DNA of 64,000 bases, taken from contig JALSQF010000003.1 in assembly GCA_026985555.1 (NCBI GenBank), positions 62,605-126,604 of the forward strand. Direction: 5' to 3'. Position 1 is the stretch's first letter. Each line of letters begins with the position of its first letter. Shown here piece by piece: positions 41,168-53,614 of this stretch. This stretch comes from Candidatus Moraniibacteriota bacterium. GTDB taxonomy: Bacteria; Patescibacteriota; Minisyncoccia; Moranbacterales; UBA9337. The notes beneath the pieces are model-generated. The model did not search any database and was not told the DNA's origin. It worked only from the letters and a program-made list of their open reading frames with translations. The position numbers and the translations under genes were made by a program.

Positions 41168-41215
41168 TTCTGGCTATTTAAATATCCATTTAAATGGATA
41201 TTTAAATAGCCAGAA
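41168..41215. repeat. 48-bp perfect palindrome, copy 4
   Basis: Identical core; extends by two pairs (41166-41217). Confidence 0.98.
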
Positions 41216-41351
41216 GAGACTCAAATTAAATTTTTATCCATTTTATGTTTTAAATTTTTTTAATAAAATACATTATGTTAAAAGTATATTGTCAGAAGAG
41301 GGAGAATATTTTATAATACTTATAAGATTATTATTTAATGTATTTTAATTT

Positions 41352-41933
41352 ATGATACTTCAAAAAAATAAAAATAAAAAAGATTCTAAAAAATTTAAGG
41401 TAGCTTTTCGTTTTGCAGATCCGCAAAAAATTATTGATAACCTAAAAATAAAAACAGGAAGTAAAATCGCTGATTTTGGAAGTGGATCAGGGTTTTTTAC
41501 AATACCTTTAGCTAGAAAAGTCGGAGAAAAAGGAGTAATTTATGCTTTAGATGTGCTTCCCTCAGCATTAGAATCCATAGAAAGTCAATCCCACACTTTT
41601 GGATTAGAAAATATTATTATTAAAAGAGTTGATCTTACTAAAGAAAAAGGAAGCGGTTTATCTAATGAAAGTGTGGATTGGGTTATCCTTAAAGATGTTT
41701 TATTCCAAAATCAAGAGAAAAAGCAAATGTTAAAAGAAGCTTTTAGGATTTTAAAAAAAGGAGGAAGTGTTTTAATTATGGAATGGAATGAAAATAATTT
41801 TGCTATGGGTCCTGACATAAAAAAAAGAGTATCCGTTGAAGAGTTGAGTAAAATATTAATAGAACAAGGTTTTTCTGTTAGTGAACCTGAAGAGGCCGGT
41901 AATTTTCATTATATTCTTATTGCTACTAAATAG
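41352..41933 (+). CDS. Class I SAM-dependent methyltransferase
   Basis: ADFGSGSG, ALD and RILKKGG motifs. Confidence 0.88.
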   Translation: MILQKNKNKKDSKKFKVAFRFADPQKIIDNLKIKTGSKIADFGSGSGFFTIPLARKVGEKGVIYALDVLPSALESIESQSHTFGLENIIIKRVDLTKEKGSGLSNESVDWVILKDVLFQNQEKKQMLKEAFRILKKGGSVLIMEWNENNFAMGPDIKKRVSVEELSKILIEQGFSVSEPEEAGNFHYILIATK

Positions 41934-41953
41934 TTTTTTATTTTTTAAAAATT

Positions 41954-42895
41954 ATGCAAAAAGACAAAGATATGAAAAATGTTTTATATGATTTAGCTAT
42001 AGTTGGTGCTGGTCCAGCAGGATTAAATGCTTCTGTGTATGCTTCTAGATATGGATTAAAGAACGTGATTATTGGTCAGGTTCCAGGAGGATTAACTACA
42101 GAAACTCATGAGATTGGAAATTGGTTAGGGACAGAAAAAATTACAGGGGCAGAATTTGCTCAAAAAGCCTATCAGCATGCTCAAAATTTAAAAGCAGATA
42201 TAAAACTTAATCTAGTGGATAATATAAACAAAAAAGATAATCATTTTAAAATTATTTTAGATAGTAAAGAGGAAGTGTTAGCGCGAACAATTTTATTAGC
42301 ATTAGGTAGTAAACATAGAAAACTTAATATTCCAGGAGAAAAAGAATTGGCAGGAAAAGGTGTTTCTTATTGCGCTACTTGTGATGGATTTTTTTATAAA
42401 AACAAAAATGTAATTGTTGTTGGTGGAAGTGATAGCGCTGCTGTGGCAGCTATTTATTTAGGAGATATTGCTAAAAAAGTTTATCTTATTTATCGCAAGA
42501 ATCAATTAAGAGCTGAAAAATTTTGGCAAAAATCCATTCTTTCAAATTCAAAAATAGAGGTAATTTATAATACTAATTTATTAAAAATAGAAGGAAATAA
42601 TAAAGTAGAAAAAGTTATTCTAGATAATCCTTATAAAAATTCTAAAGAACTAAAAATAGATGGTGTGTTTGTGGAAATTGGATCCGTTCCTAATAATTTT
42701 TTAGCTAAGCAATTAGGAATTGAATTAGATGAAGATGGCTACATTAAAATTAATGCTGATGGAAGCACTAGTTTAAAAGGAGTGTGGGCAGCGGGAGATA
42801 TTACCACTGGTTCTAATAAATTTAAACAAATTGTTACAGCAGCTGCTGAAGGAGCGATTGCAGTTAATAGCATACAAAATTATTTAAAAAAATAA
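41954..42895 (+). CDS. trxB: Thioredoxin reductase
   Basis: GAGPAG, SYCATCDG and AAGD motifs. Confidence 0.93.
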   Translation: MQKDKDMKNVLYDLAIVGAGPAGLNASVYASRYGLKNVIIGQVPGGLTTETHEIGNWLGTEKITGAEFAQKAYQHAQNLKADIKLNLVDNINKKDNHFKIILDSKEEVLARTILLALGSKHRKLNIPGEKELAGKGVSYCATCDGFFYKNKNVIVVGGSDSAAVAAIYLGDIAKKVYLIYRKNQLRAEKFWQKSILSNSKIEVIYNTNLLKIEGNNKVEKVILDNPYKNSKELKIDGVFVEIGSVPNNFLAKQLGIELDEDGYIKINADGSTSLKGVWAAGDITTGSNKFKQIVTAAAEGAIAVNSIQNYLKK

Positions 42896-42914
42896 AATAA
42901 AAAACAAGATAAAA

Positions 42915-44852
42915 ATGACAGAAGACCCTCTTAAAAAAATAAATCAGGAGTTATATAATCCTAAATCTTCTATTGATGAAAGAAAATTTGATTCTGGTCC
43001 TTTTGATATAGATAATTTTCCCAATCGTTCTAGCTTTATTTTTAAAGGCAAAAGCCGTTGGGAAAAAATGACTAAAGGATGGGATTATTGGCAAAAAATG
43101 GCTTTTATTATTGGATTAGTTTTAGTTAATGCTATGATTATAGGAAGCGTTTTTTGGATAGCTATAGTTAAATTTAAACAAACGGCTTTTTCTGAAAAAA
43201 AAGTAATGTTAGAATGGATGGGAGATAAGAATGTTCAAGGAGCAGATTTAGCTGAATTTGAATTAAAATATTTTAATAAAAATAGAACTAGATTAAAAAA
43301 TGTTGAATTAAAAATAGTTTATCCTAGAAATTTTATTCCAGAAAAAAATTTTAGATTTAAGTATCAAGGGAAAACTAGCAGTTTGTTATATATAGGCGAT
43401 TTAAAGCCATATCAGAAAGGAAAAATAAAAATTAAAGGACGTTTTTATGCTCCCGAAAGTTATGAAGGTTATTTAACCGCTTTTTTAAGTTATTATCCGA
43501 AGAATTTTAGTAGTAAATTTATAGCGCAAAAACAATATGTAATTAAAATTAAAAAGTCTCCTTTGGAATTGCATATTTTATCTCCCAAAGAAGTTTTAAA
43601 TAATGGACAAATTGAATATGAGATACATTGCAAAAATGATAGTCAGATAACCTTTAAAGATATTTATATAAAAGCAGAATATCCAAATAATTTTAGTTTT
43701 CAAAATGCTGATCCTTATCCAATACAAAAAGAGAATATCTGGTATCTAGCTTCTCTTGTTCCAGGTAATGAAAGCATTATTAAGATTAAAGGAACTTTAA
43801 AAGGTGTTACTGATGAAATTAAAACTATTACTGTTAGTGTAGGGAAAATTAACGAAGGAAAGACAGGATTTTTGGCTTATAGTATGTCTCAAAAAACTGT
43901 TCGTATTACATCTTCTCCTCTTTTTGTAAAACAATTAATTAATAATCAAGAAAATTTAAATGTTCATTTGGGGGATGTAGTAAGATATAAAATAAAATAT
44001 GGTAACAATAGCAAAGTCGGTTTAAGAAATGTAGTGATTAATCTCAAAATGAATACAAAGATTGTTGATTGGAGTAAGTTACGATTGCAAAAAGGCGCAG
44101 TAGATGCTAATACCAAAACTATTACATGGAAAGCAGTTGATATTCCTAAATTAGCTAATTTGTCTTCAGGTGAACAAGGTGAAATAGATTTTGATTTACC
44201 TATTAAAAATAAACTAGAAATTAATAGCCATCAAGATAAAAATTTTGTATTAGAAGGAGTAGCTACGATTGATAGCCCTGATTTACATATTGAAACATAT
44301 CAATTACCTAAAACAATAACTGTATCTAATCGTCTCATTGCTAAATTAACTTCTAAAGTTATTTTAGAAGAAAAAGGTTATTATAATGATTCTGAAATTG
44401 AAAATTTTGGTCCTATTCCTCCTGAAGTCAATAAAGAAACTACTTATGTTCTTCACTGGAAAATTACTAATGTTTCTAATGAAATTAAAGATGTTACTGT
44501 GAAAGCTTTTTTACCAACGGGAAATAAATGGAAGGGAATTGTTAAGCCAGAAAATGAGCATAGTAATATACATTTCAATGAACGAACTCACGAAATAGTT
44601 TGGAAAATTCCTTATTTAGAAAACGGAAAAGGTATTCTTGATTTTCCTAAAGAAGTTAGTTTTCAAATAGGAGTTGTTCCTCAAATTAATCAGGTTGGTA
44701 AAGAAATTTTATTATTAAATAAAGTAATTTTAGAGGCAGAGGATACTTTTACGCATGAAATTATTCATCAGGAATTAAAAGAAAAACGAACAAATCTAAT
44801 GGAAGATGCTAGTATTCCTCAATCAGCTTATAAAGTTATTAATGAATCATAG
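42915..44852 (+). CDS. Membrane-anchored protein with Ig-like (DUF11-like) domains
   Basis: Single TM followed by repeated beta-rich Y.I...N modules. Confidence 0.6.
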   Translation: MTEDPLKKINQELYNPKSSIDERKFDSGPFDIDNFPNRSSFIFKGKSRWEKMTKGWDYWQKMAFIIGLVLVNAMIIGSVFWIAIVKFKQTAFSEKKVMLEWMGDKNVQGADLAEFELKYFNKNRTRLKNVELKIVYPRNFIPEKNFRFKYQGKTSSLLYIGDLKPYQKGKIKIKGRFYAPESYEGYLTAFLSYYPKNFSSKFIAQKQYVIKIKKSPLELHILSPKEVLNNGQIEYEIHCKNDSQITFKDIYIKAEYPNNFSFQNADPYPIQKENIWYLASLVPGNESIIKIKGTLKGVTDEIKTITVSVGKINEGKTGFLAYSMSQKTVRITSSPLFVKQLINNQENLNVHLGDVVRYKIKYGNNSKVGLRNVVINLKMNTKIVDWSKLRLQKGAVDANTKTITWKAVDIPKLANLSSGEQGEIDFDLPIKNKLEINSHQDKNFVLEGVATIDSPDLHIETYQLPKTITVSNRLIAKLTSKVILEEKGYYNDSEIENFGPIPPEVNKETTYVLHWKITNVSNEIKDVTVKAFLPTGNKWKGIVKPENEHSNIHFNERTHEIVWKIPYLENGKGILDFPKEVSFQIGVVPQINQVGKEILLLNKVILEAEDTFTHEIIHQELKEKRTNLMEDASIPQSAYKVINES

Positions 44853-44861
44853 TTTTTAATT

Positions 44862-46004
44862 ATGAACAAAAAAAATCAGATAAGGCAAAAAAAGTTTTTA
44901 AAAACTAATTACGGGGAAATAGAGTCCCCCTTTTTTATGCCAGATGCTACCAGAGGTTTTGTTAAATTCCTTTCTTTAAAAGATCTTTCAAATATTAATT
45001 TAGAAGCGGTAGTAGTTAATACATATCATCTTTTTTTGCGACCAGGTCAATCTTTCTTTAAAAAGGAGAATATTCATAAATGGGGCAACTGGGAAATTCC
45101 TGTTTTATCGGATAGTGGTGGATATCAAGTTTTTTCTTTGATTCGTAGAAATAAAAAAATGGGAAAAATAACTGATAAAGGAGCTTATTTTCGTTCTCCT
45201 TTAGATGGAAAATGGCTCTGGCTTACTCCAGAAAAATCTATTGCTATGCAATTTGATCTTGGAGTAGACATGATGGTTGTTTTAGATGATCCTCCACAAA
45301 ACAATTTAAAAAAAGATAAAATAAAACAAGCAGTAGAAAGGACATTACAATGGGCGCGTCGTTCTGTAAAAGAATATAAAAGGCAAATAAGAAACAGAAG
45401 AATTAGTTTTAAAAAACGTCCCTTATTATTTGCCGTAATCCAAGGTGGTCCTTATCTTGATTTGAGAGAGTATTGTTTAAATGGATTAAAAAAAATAGCC
45501 TTTGAAGAAAAAGATGATATTTTCAAAGATTGGGATGGTTATGGTTTTGGAGGTAGACATGTTGATTCTCAAGGAAATTTTATGGAAGATATTTTAAAGG
45601 CAACGGCTAAAATGATACCTAATAATAAGTGGAAATTTGCCTTAGGAATAGGAAGTCCAGAAGACATTGTAAAAAGTGTTTCAATGGGTTGGGATATGTT
45701 TGATTGTGTAATTCCCACTAGAGAAGGGCGACATGGAAAATTGCTAATCAGAAAATATCCAAAAATAATAGTAAGAAATAAATTGAAATATGAAGTAGTT
45801 AATATTTCCAATCAACGTTTTAAAAATAATACAAAAATTATAGATAAGCATTGTCAGTGTGAATTATGCCAATATTATAATTTTTCTTTTTTACATCATT
45901 TATTTAAATACCAAGATCCTTTAGGAATGCGTTTAGTAGCTTTGCATAATTTAAAGTTTTATTTAGATTTAATGAATGAATTAAGAGATATACAAGTTGT
46001 TTAA
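44862..46004 (+). CDS. tgt: tRNA-guanine transglycosylase
   Basis: NTYHL, DSGGYQVFS, DMFDCVIPTR and CxCxxC...HN motifs. Confidence 0.93.
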   Translation: MNKKNQIRQKKFLKTNYGEIESPFFMPDATRGFVKFLSLKDLSNINLEAVVVNTYHLFLRPGQSFFKKENIHKWGNWEIPVLSDSGGYQVFSLIRRNKKMGKITDKGAYFRSPLDGKWLWLTPEKSIAMQFDLGVDMMVVLDDPPQNNLKKDKIKQAVERTLQWARRSVKEYKRQIRNRRISFKKRPLLFAVIQGGPYLDLREYCLNGLKKIAFEEKDDIFKDWDGYGFGGRHVDSQGNFMEDILKATAKMIPNNKWKFALGIGSPEDIVKSVSMGWDMFDCVIPTREGRHGKLLIRKYPKIIVRNKLKYEVVNISNQRFKNNTKIIDKHCQCELCQYYNFSFLHHLFKYQDPLGMRLVALHNLKFYLDLMNELRDIQVV

Positions 46005-46017
46005 GTTGTATCTAAAT

Positions 46018-46045
46018 TTGACAAAAATATTTTTTTTGTTATAAT
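46018..46045 (+). promoter_or_regulatory. Promoter of nusA-tig-clpP
   Basis: TTGACA-16 bp-TATAAT with extended TG. Confidence 0.65.
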
Positions 46046-46075
46046 AATATTAATTGGTAAAGAATTTTGATTTTT

Positions 46076-46102
46076 AAGATTCGTGATTGCGGATCTTTTT
46101 TT
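46076..46102 (+). terminator. Terminator-like hairpin in the nusA leader
   Basis: AAGATTCG-TGATTG-CGGATCTT followed by T-tract, downstream of the promoter. Confidence 0.55.
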
Positions 46103-46158
46103 AAACTAAAGAAAATTTTTTAATAAAAGTAAACACTATAAATATTAATTTTAAAAAT

Positions 46159-47367
46159 ATGTCGCAAAAAGTAAAAAAAGAAAAAGGATTAAACAGCGAG
46201 GAATTTCTCAGCGCTATTGATCAACTTTGTGAAGAAAAGGGATTGTCTAAAGAAAAAGTAATGGAAACAGTAGAAGCTGCTTTAGCAGCTGCTTATAAGA
46301 AAGATTATGGAAAAAAAGGGCAACACATTAGAGCTAAATTTGATTTAGTAACAGGAGGAACAGAATTTTATTTAGTGAAAGAAGTAGTTGATGAAACTAC
46401 GCGAGAAATGTCTTCGTTGGAAAATAATAAAGATAAAAATATCAACCAAAAAAAAGATAAATCTAAAAGTAATGAAACCAAATTAAATCGTTTTAATCCA
46501 GAAAGAGATATTCTTTTAGAAGAAGCACGGAAAATAAAAAAAGATGTTAAAGTCGGTGATACCATTGAAACTAAATTAGAAGCCAAGAGTAATTATGGAC
46601 GTATAGCTGCTCAAACAGCTAAACAGGTTATTATTCAAAGAATAAGAGAAGCAGAAAGAAATGCGATGTATGAAGAATATAAAGAAAAAGAAGGAGAAGT
46701 AATAAGCGGAACAGTGCAAAGAGTAGAAGGAAGTAATGTCTATATTGATTTAGGAAAATCAACTGGCGTATTACTTCCTAGTGAACAAATTCCGAGAGAG
46801 AATTATAGGATAGGACAAAGAATAAAGGTTTATCTAGCTAAAGTGGAAGTGGACACAAAAGGTCCTGGTGTTATCTTAAGTCGTAATCATCCTGAAATGC
46901 TTAGAAAACTTTTTGAACTAGAAGTTCCAGAGATATTTGCAGGAACGGTAGAAATAAAAGCAGTAGCTAGGGAAGCGGGAGAAAGGAGTAAAATTGCTGT
47001 AGAAGCTAAAGAGGAAGGAGTTGATCCGATTGGCTCTTGTGTTGGGCAAAAAGGAACAAGAGTGCAAACAATTATTGATGAATTAAATGGAGAAAAAATA
47101 GATATTATAGAATGGGATAAAGATCCAGCTAAATTTATTGCGTCTTCTTTAAGTCCCGCTAAAGTTTTGGCAGTAGATTTAGATGAAAAAAATAAGCATG
47201 CTATTGTTAAGGTCCCAGAAGATCAACTTTCGTTAGCTATTGGAAAACGAGGGCAAAATGTAAGATTAGCAGCTAAATTAACTGATTGGAAAATTGATGT
47301 GGAAGGGGCTAATTTAATTCAGGAAGAAGAACAAGAAAAGAAAAAAAAACCAAAGATGAAAATATAA
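46159..47367 (+). CDS. nusA: Transcription factor NusA
   Basis: GRIAAQTAKQ, FELEVPEI and LAIGKRGQNVRLA motifs. Confidence 0.98.
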   Translation: MSQKVKKEKGLNSEEFLSAIDQLCEEKGLSKEKVMETVEAALAAAYKKDYGKKGQHIRAKFDLVTGGTEFYLVKEVVDETTREMSSLENNKDKNINQKKDKSKSNETKLNRFNPERDILLEEARKIKKDVKVGDTIETKLEAKSNYGRIAAQTAKQVIIQRIREAERNAMYEEYKEKEGEVISGTVQRVEGSNVYIDLGKSTGVLLPSEQIPRENYRIGQRIKVYLAKVEVDTKGPGVILSRNHPEMLRKLFELEVPEIFAGTVEIKAVAREAGERSKIAVEAKEEGVDPIGSCVGQKGTRVQTIIDELNGEKIDIIEWDKDPAKFIASSLSPAKVLAVDLDEKNKHAIVKVPEDQLSLAIGKRGQNVRLAAKLTDWKIDVEGANLIQEEEQEKKKKPKMKI

Positions 47368-47465
47368 ACAAGGGAGAAGAATTAAAAAGTGAAGTTACCA
47401 ATAAAGAAGAAAAAGTAAAAAAAGAAGAAAAATAATTTAATAAATAAACTAGAAAAATCAATTAT

Positions 47466-48752
47466 ATGAAATTAAAAAAATTACCCCACTCTCAAGTAGA
47501 AATAAATTTAAGTATTCCTTGGGAAAAATGGAAAAAGTTTTTTCAAGAAACTATCAATAATTTTTCCCGAGAGATTAAAGTAGAAGGATTTCGTCCAGGA
47601 AAAGTTCCTCGTGAAATTATAGAACAAAAAGTAGGATTAGAAACCATACTTAATCAATCAGCGGAAAAAGCTATCCAAAATGATTATGCTCAAGTTATTC
47701 AAAAAGAAAAAATTGAAGCCATAGGTGCTCCACAGGTAGAATTATTGAAATTAGCCGAAGGAAATGATTTAGAGTATAAAATTATTACAGCCGTTATGCC
47801 AGAAGTTGAATTAAAAGATTGGGAAAGTGAAGTAAAAAGAATTAATAAAAAGTATGTAGATACAAAAATAGATATTAAGAAAGATAGAATAGATCAGGAA
47901 TTGAAAAAACTAGCTGAAAGTAGAGTAAAGTTAGTAGCCGTTAATCGTGAAGCACGATCAGGAGACAGTGTGCAAATTGATTTTGATGTTTTACAAAATG
48001 GTGTGATTATTGAAAATGGTTCTAGTAAAAATCACAATTTAATTCTAGGCAGAGGAGTTTTTATTCCTGGATTTGAAGAAAAAATAATAGGAATGAAAGC
48101 AGAGGAAGAAAAAGAATTTGAATTAAAATTTCCAGAAAATTATCATGCTAAAAATTTAGCAGGAAAGAAAGCTCAATTTAGAGTGAAAATGAAGGCTGTG
48201 CAAAAAAGAGAAACTCCTTCTATTGATGATAATTTTGCTACTAGTTTAGGTAAATTTAAAAACTTACAAGAACTAAAAGAGAGCTTAAAAGAAGGTTTAA
48301 CAGAAGAAGAAAAGATTAAAATTAAAAACAAACAAAGGGAAGAAATTTTAGATGCTATTATTGAAAAAATGAAAGTAGATTTACCTCAAATTTTATTAGA
48401 TGAAGAATTACACAAAATGACACACGAATTTGAAGATCAACTACAAAGATCGGGTTTAAATTTAGATGATTATTTAAAACAAATAAATAAGAAAAAAGAA
48501 GATTTGCAAAAAGGATGGAAGCCACAAGCTGAAAAAAGAATAAAATCATCTTTAGCTCTAGATTATTTAGCTAAACTAAAAGAAATTAAAGTTCCTTCTG
48601 GTGAAATTGAAGCGGAAATGAATAAAGTTTTACAACAATATAGAGGAGTTAAAGATTTGGAAAAAAATATTGATATGAAAAGATTATATGAATATGTAAA
48701 AGCCACTTTACAAAACGAAAAGATTTTACAAATATTGGAAAAAATGGAATAA
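47466..48752 (+). CDS. tig: Trigger factor
   Basis: GFRPGKVP and FIPGFEE motifs. Confidence 0.96.
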   Translation: MKLKKLPHSQVEINLSIPWEKWKKFFQETINNFSREIKVEGFRPGKVPREIIEQKVGLETILNQSAEKAIQNDYAQVIQKEKIEAIGAPQVELLKLAEGNDLEYKIITAVMPEVELKDWESEVKRINKKYVDTKIDIKKDRIDQELKKLAESRVKLVAVNREARSGDSVQIDFDVLQNGVIIENGSSKNHNLILGRGVFIPGFEEKIIGMKAEEEKEFELKFPENYHAKNLAGKKAQFRVKMKAVQKRETPSIDDNFATSLGKFKNLQELKESLKEGLTEEEKIKIKNKQREEILDAIIEKMKVDLPQILLDEELHKMTHEFEDQLQRSGLNLDDYLKQINKKKEDLQKGWKPQAEKRIKSSLALDYLAKLKEIKVPSGEIEAEMNKVLQQYRGVKDLEKNIDMKRLYEYVKATLQNEKILQILEKME

Positions 48753-48785
48753 TTTTTTAGTTTAATTATTTAATTTAATTAGCAT

Positions 48786-49382
48786 ATGAAAAAAGATATA
48801 AATAATCAATTATTAATTCCTACTGTTATTGAAAAAACTAACTATGGAGAAAGAGCTTATGATATTTATTCGCGTCTTCTTAAAGATAGAATAATTTTTA
48901 TTGGCACTCCTATTGAAGATGTTTTAGCTAACGCAGTAATTGCTCAATTATTATTTTTGGAATCACAAAACAATAAGGAGGATATAAAAATTTATATTAA
49001 TTCTCCTGGTGGTGTAGTTACTTCTGCTCTAGCTATTTATGATACAATGCAATATGTTAAACCAGATGTGCAAACTATTTGTATAGGAATGGCTGCTTCC
49101 GCTGCTTCTCTTCTTTTAGCGGCAGGCGCCAAGGGAAAAAGAATGATTTTACCTAATGGAGAAGTAATGATTCATCAAGTTATGGGAGGAGCACAAGGAC
49201 AAGCTACAGATGTGGATATTCATGCTAAACATATTTTAAGAACCAAGGAAAGATTAAATAAGATATTAGCAAAACATACTAAACAAAGATTAAGTAAAAT
49301 AGAAAAAGATACAGATAGAGATTATTTTATGAGTGCGGAAGAAGCAAAAAAATATGGGATTGTAGATAAGATTATAAAATAA
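48786..49382 (+). CDS. clpP: ClpP protease proteolytic subunit
   Basis: [23 protein letters not shown] and DRD motifs. Confidence 0.98.
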   Translation: MKKDINNQLLIPTVIEKTNYGERAYDIYSRLLKDRIIFIGTPIEDVLANAVIAQLLFLESQNNKEDIKIYINSPGGVVTSALAIYDTMQYVKPDVQTICIGMAASAASLLLAAGAKGKRMILPNGEVMIHQVMGGAQGQATDVDIHAKHILRTKERLNKILAKHTKQRLSKIEKDTDRDYFMSAEEAKKYGIVDKIIK

Positions 49383-49396
49383 TTTTTAGAAAATGC

Positions 49397-49444
49397 TTCT
49401 GGCTATTTAAATATCCATTTAAATGGATATTTAAATAGCCAGAA
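49397..49444. repeat. 48-bp perfect palindrome, copy 5
   Basis: Identical core; extends by GC/GC (49395-49446). Confidence 0.98.
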
Positions 49445-49519
49445 GCTAATAAACTTTTTCTTTTTAAGAAATAGAATATAAAAAATTATTAGGAATTTAA
49501 TTTAAATATCTTTCAACTC

Positions 49520-49547
49520 TTGACAAAAAAAATAAATTTGTTATTCT
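49520..49547 (+). promoter_or_regulatory. Promoter of the 23S-5S operon
   Basis: TTGACA-16 bp-TATTCT with extended TG. Confidence 0.6.
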
Positions 49548-49984
49548 GATGAGGCTTGCAAAAATAATTATTTTTTTAATTTAACTAATTGAAAAAACAA
49601 TCTATATCAAAAAATAATAAGCAAAAATATAAACGGTATTTCAATCTAATTTCATTTAAATCTATTTAATAGAAATAAAAAATGAAATAGAAATTAGTTG
49701 AATTCCGTTATGGCGGAGTTTTTTATTTGAAAATTAATTAAAAAGTTTGTGAAGAAATTGATATTTTAGATTATTAAAATATAAACTGAACTTAAAATCT
49801 AAAGTATTAATTTCCGCATAAATGAGTAAATTAAAAACAAAATAGAAAAGATGGTTTTATAGAAAGGAAATTATTTTTAAGCGGAAAAATAGTTTCTGAA
49901 ATAAAACCAAAATAAAGTAGGTAAGTAATTTTATTGAGTCAAAAATTAGTTAAGTTATTTTTAACTACTAATTTTGAAAGTAAA

Positions 49985-53058
<3,074 letters not shown>

Positions 53059-53178
53059 ACTTTCATTTCATTGTAGCAATTACGCTAGCGTTTGTTACAA
53101 TGATTAGTAGTTAAAAGTAACTTAATGTAGTTATTTTAAATAATTTTGCAGATACCAACTGAAACTAGATGATATTAT

Positions 53179-53294
53179 TTTGGTGGTTTTAGCGAGAGGG
53201 GTACACCTGTTCCCATACCGAACACAGTAGTTAAGCCTCTTAGCGCCGATGATATTGAGACTTAAAAGTCTTGAGAAAGTAGGTCGCCGCCAAA
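53179..53294 (+). rRNA. rrf: 5S rRNA
   Basis: TTGGTGG...CCCATACCGAACACAG...AGTAGGTCGCCGCCAA. Confidence 0.95.
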
Positions 53295-53313
53295 ATAATG
53301 TCATCTAGTTTTT

Positions 53314-53355
53314 TTATTAAAAAATCAATATTTGTAAATATTGATTTTTTAATAA
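53314..53355. terminator. AT-rich inverted repeat after 5S
   Basis: TTATTAAAAAATCAATATTT-GT-AAATATTGATTTTTTAATAA. Confidence 0.55.
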
Positions 53356-53413
53356 ATTTTAGTTATGCTATTAAAGTGTTGAAATAATAATAGTATAAAT
53401 TACTAGGAAAAAA

Positions 53414-53500
53414 GGAGAGGTGCCTGAGTGGTTGAAAGGGGCACCCTGCTAAGGTGTTGTACCTTCACAGGTACCGAGGGTTCGAATCCCTCCCTCTCCG
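53414..53500 (+). tRNA. tRNA-Ser(GCT)
   Basis: GGAGAGG acceptor stem; GCACC-CT-GCT-AA-GGTGT anticodon arm; long variable arm; GGTTCGAATCC. Confidence 0.95.
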
Positions 53501-53614
53501 CAAATTTGCAATTTTTGCATTTTTGGCTGAATTTGGAGCGGAGCAAAGCTCCTCTGAGGCCGCGCTTTGCGCGAAAAGGGCTGAATTTACAAGGATTTGC
53601 CACGCTCCGCGTGG

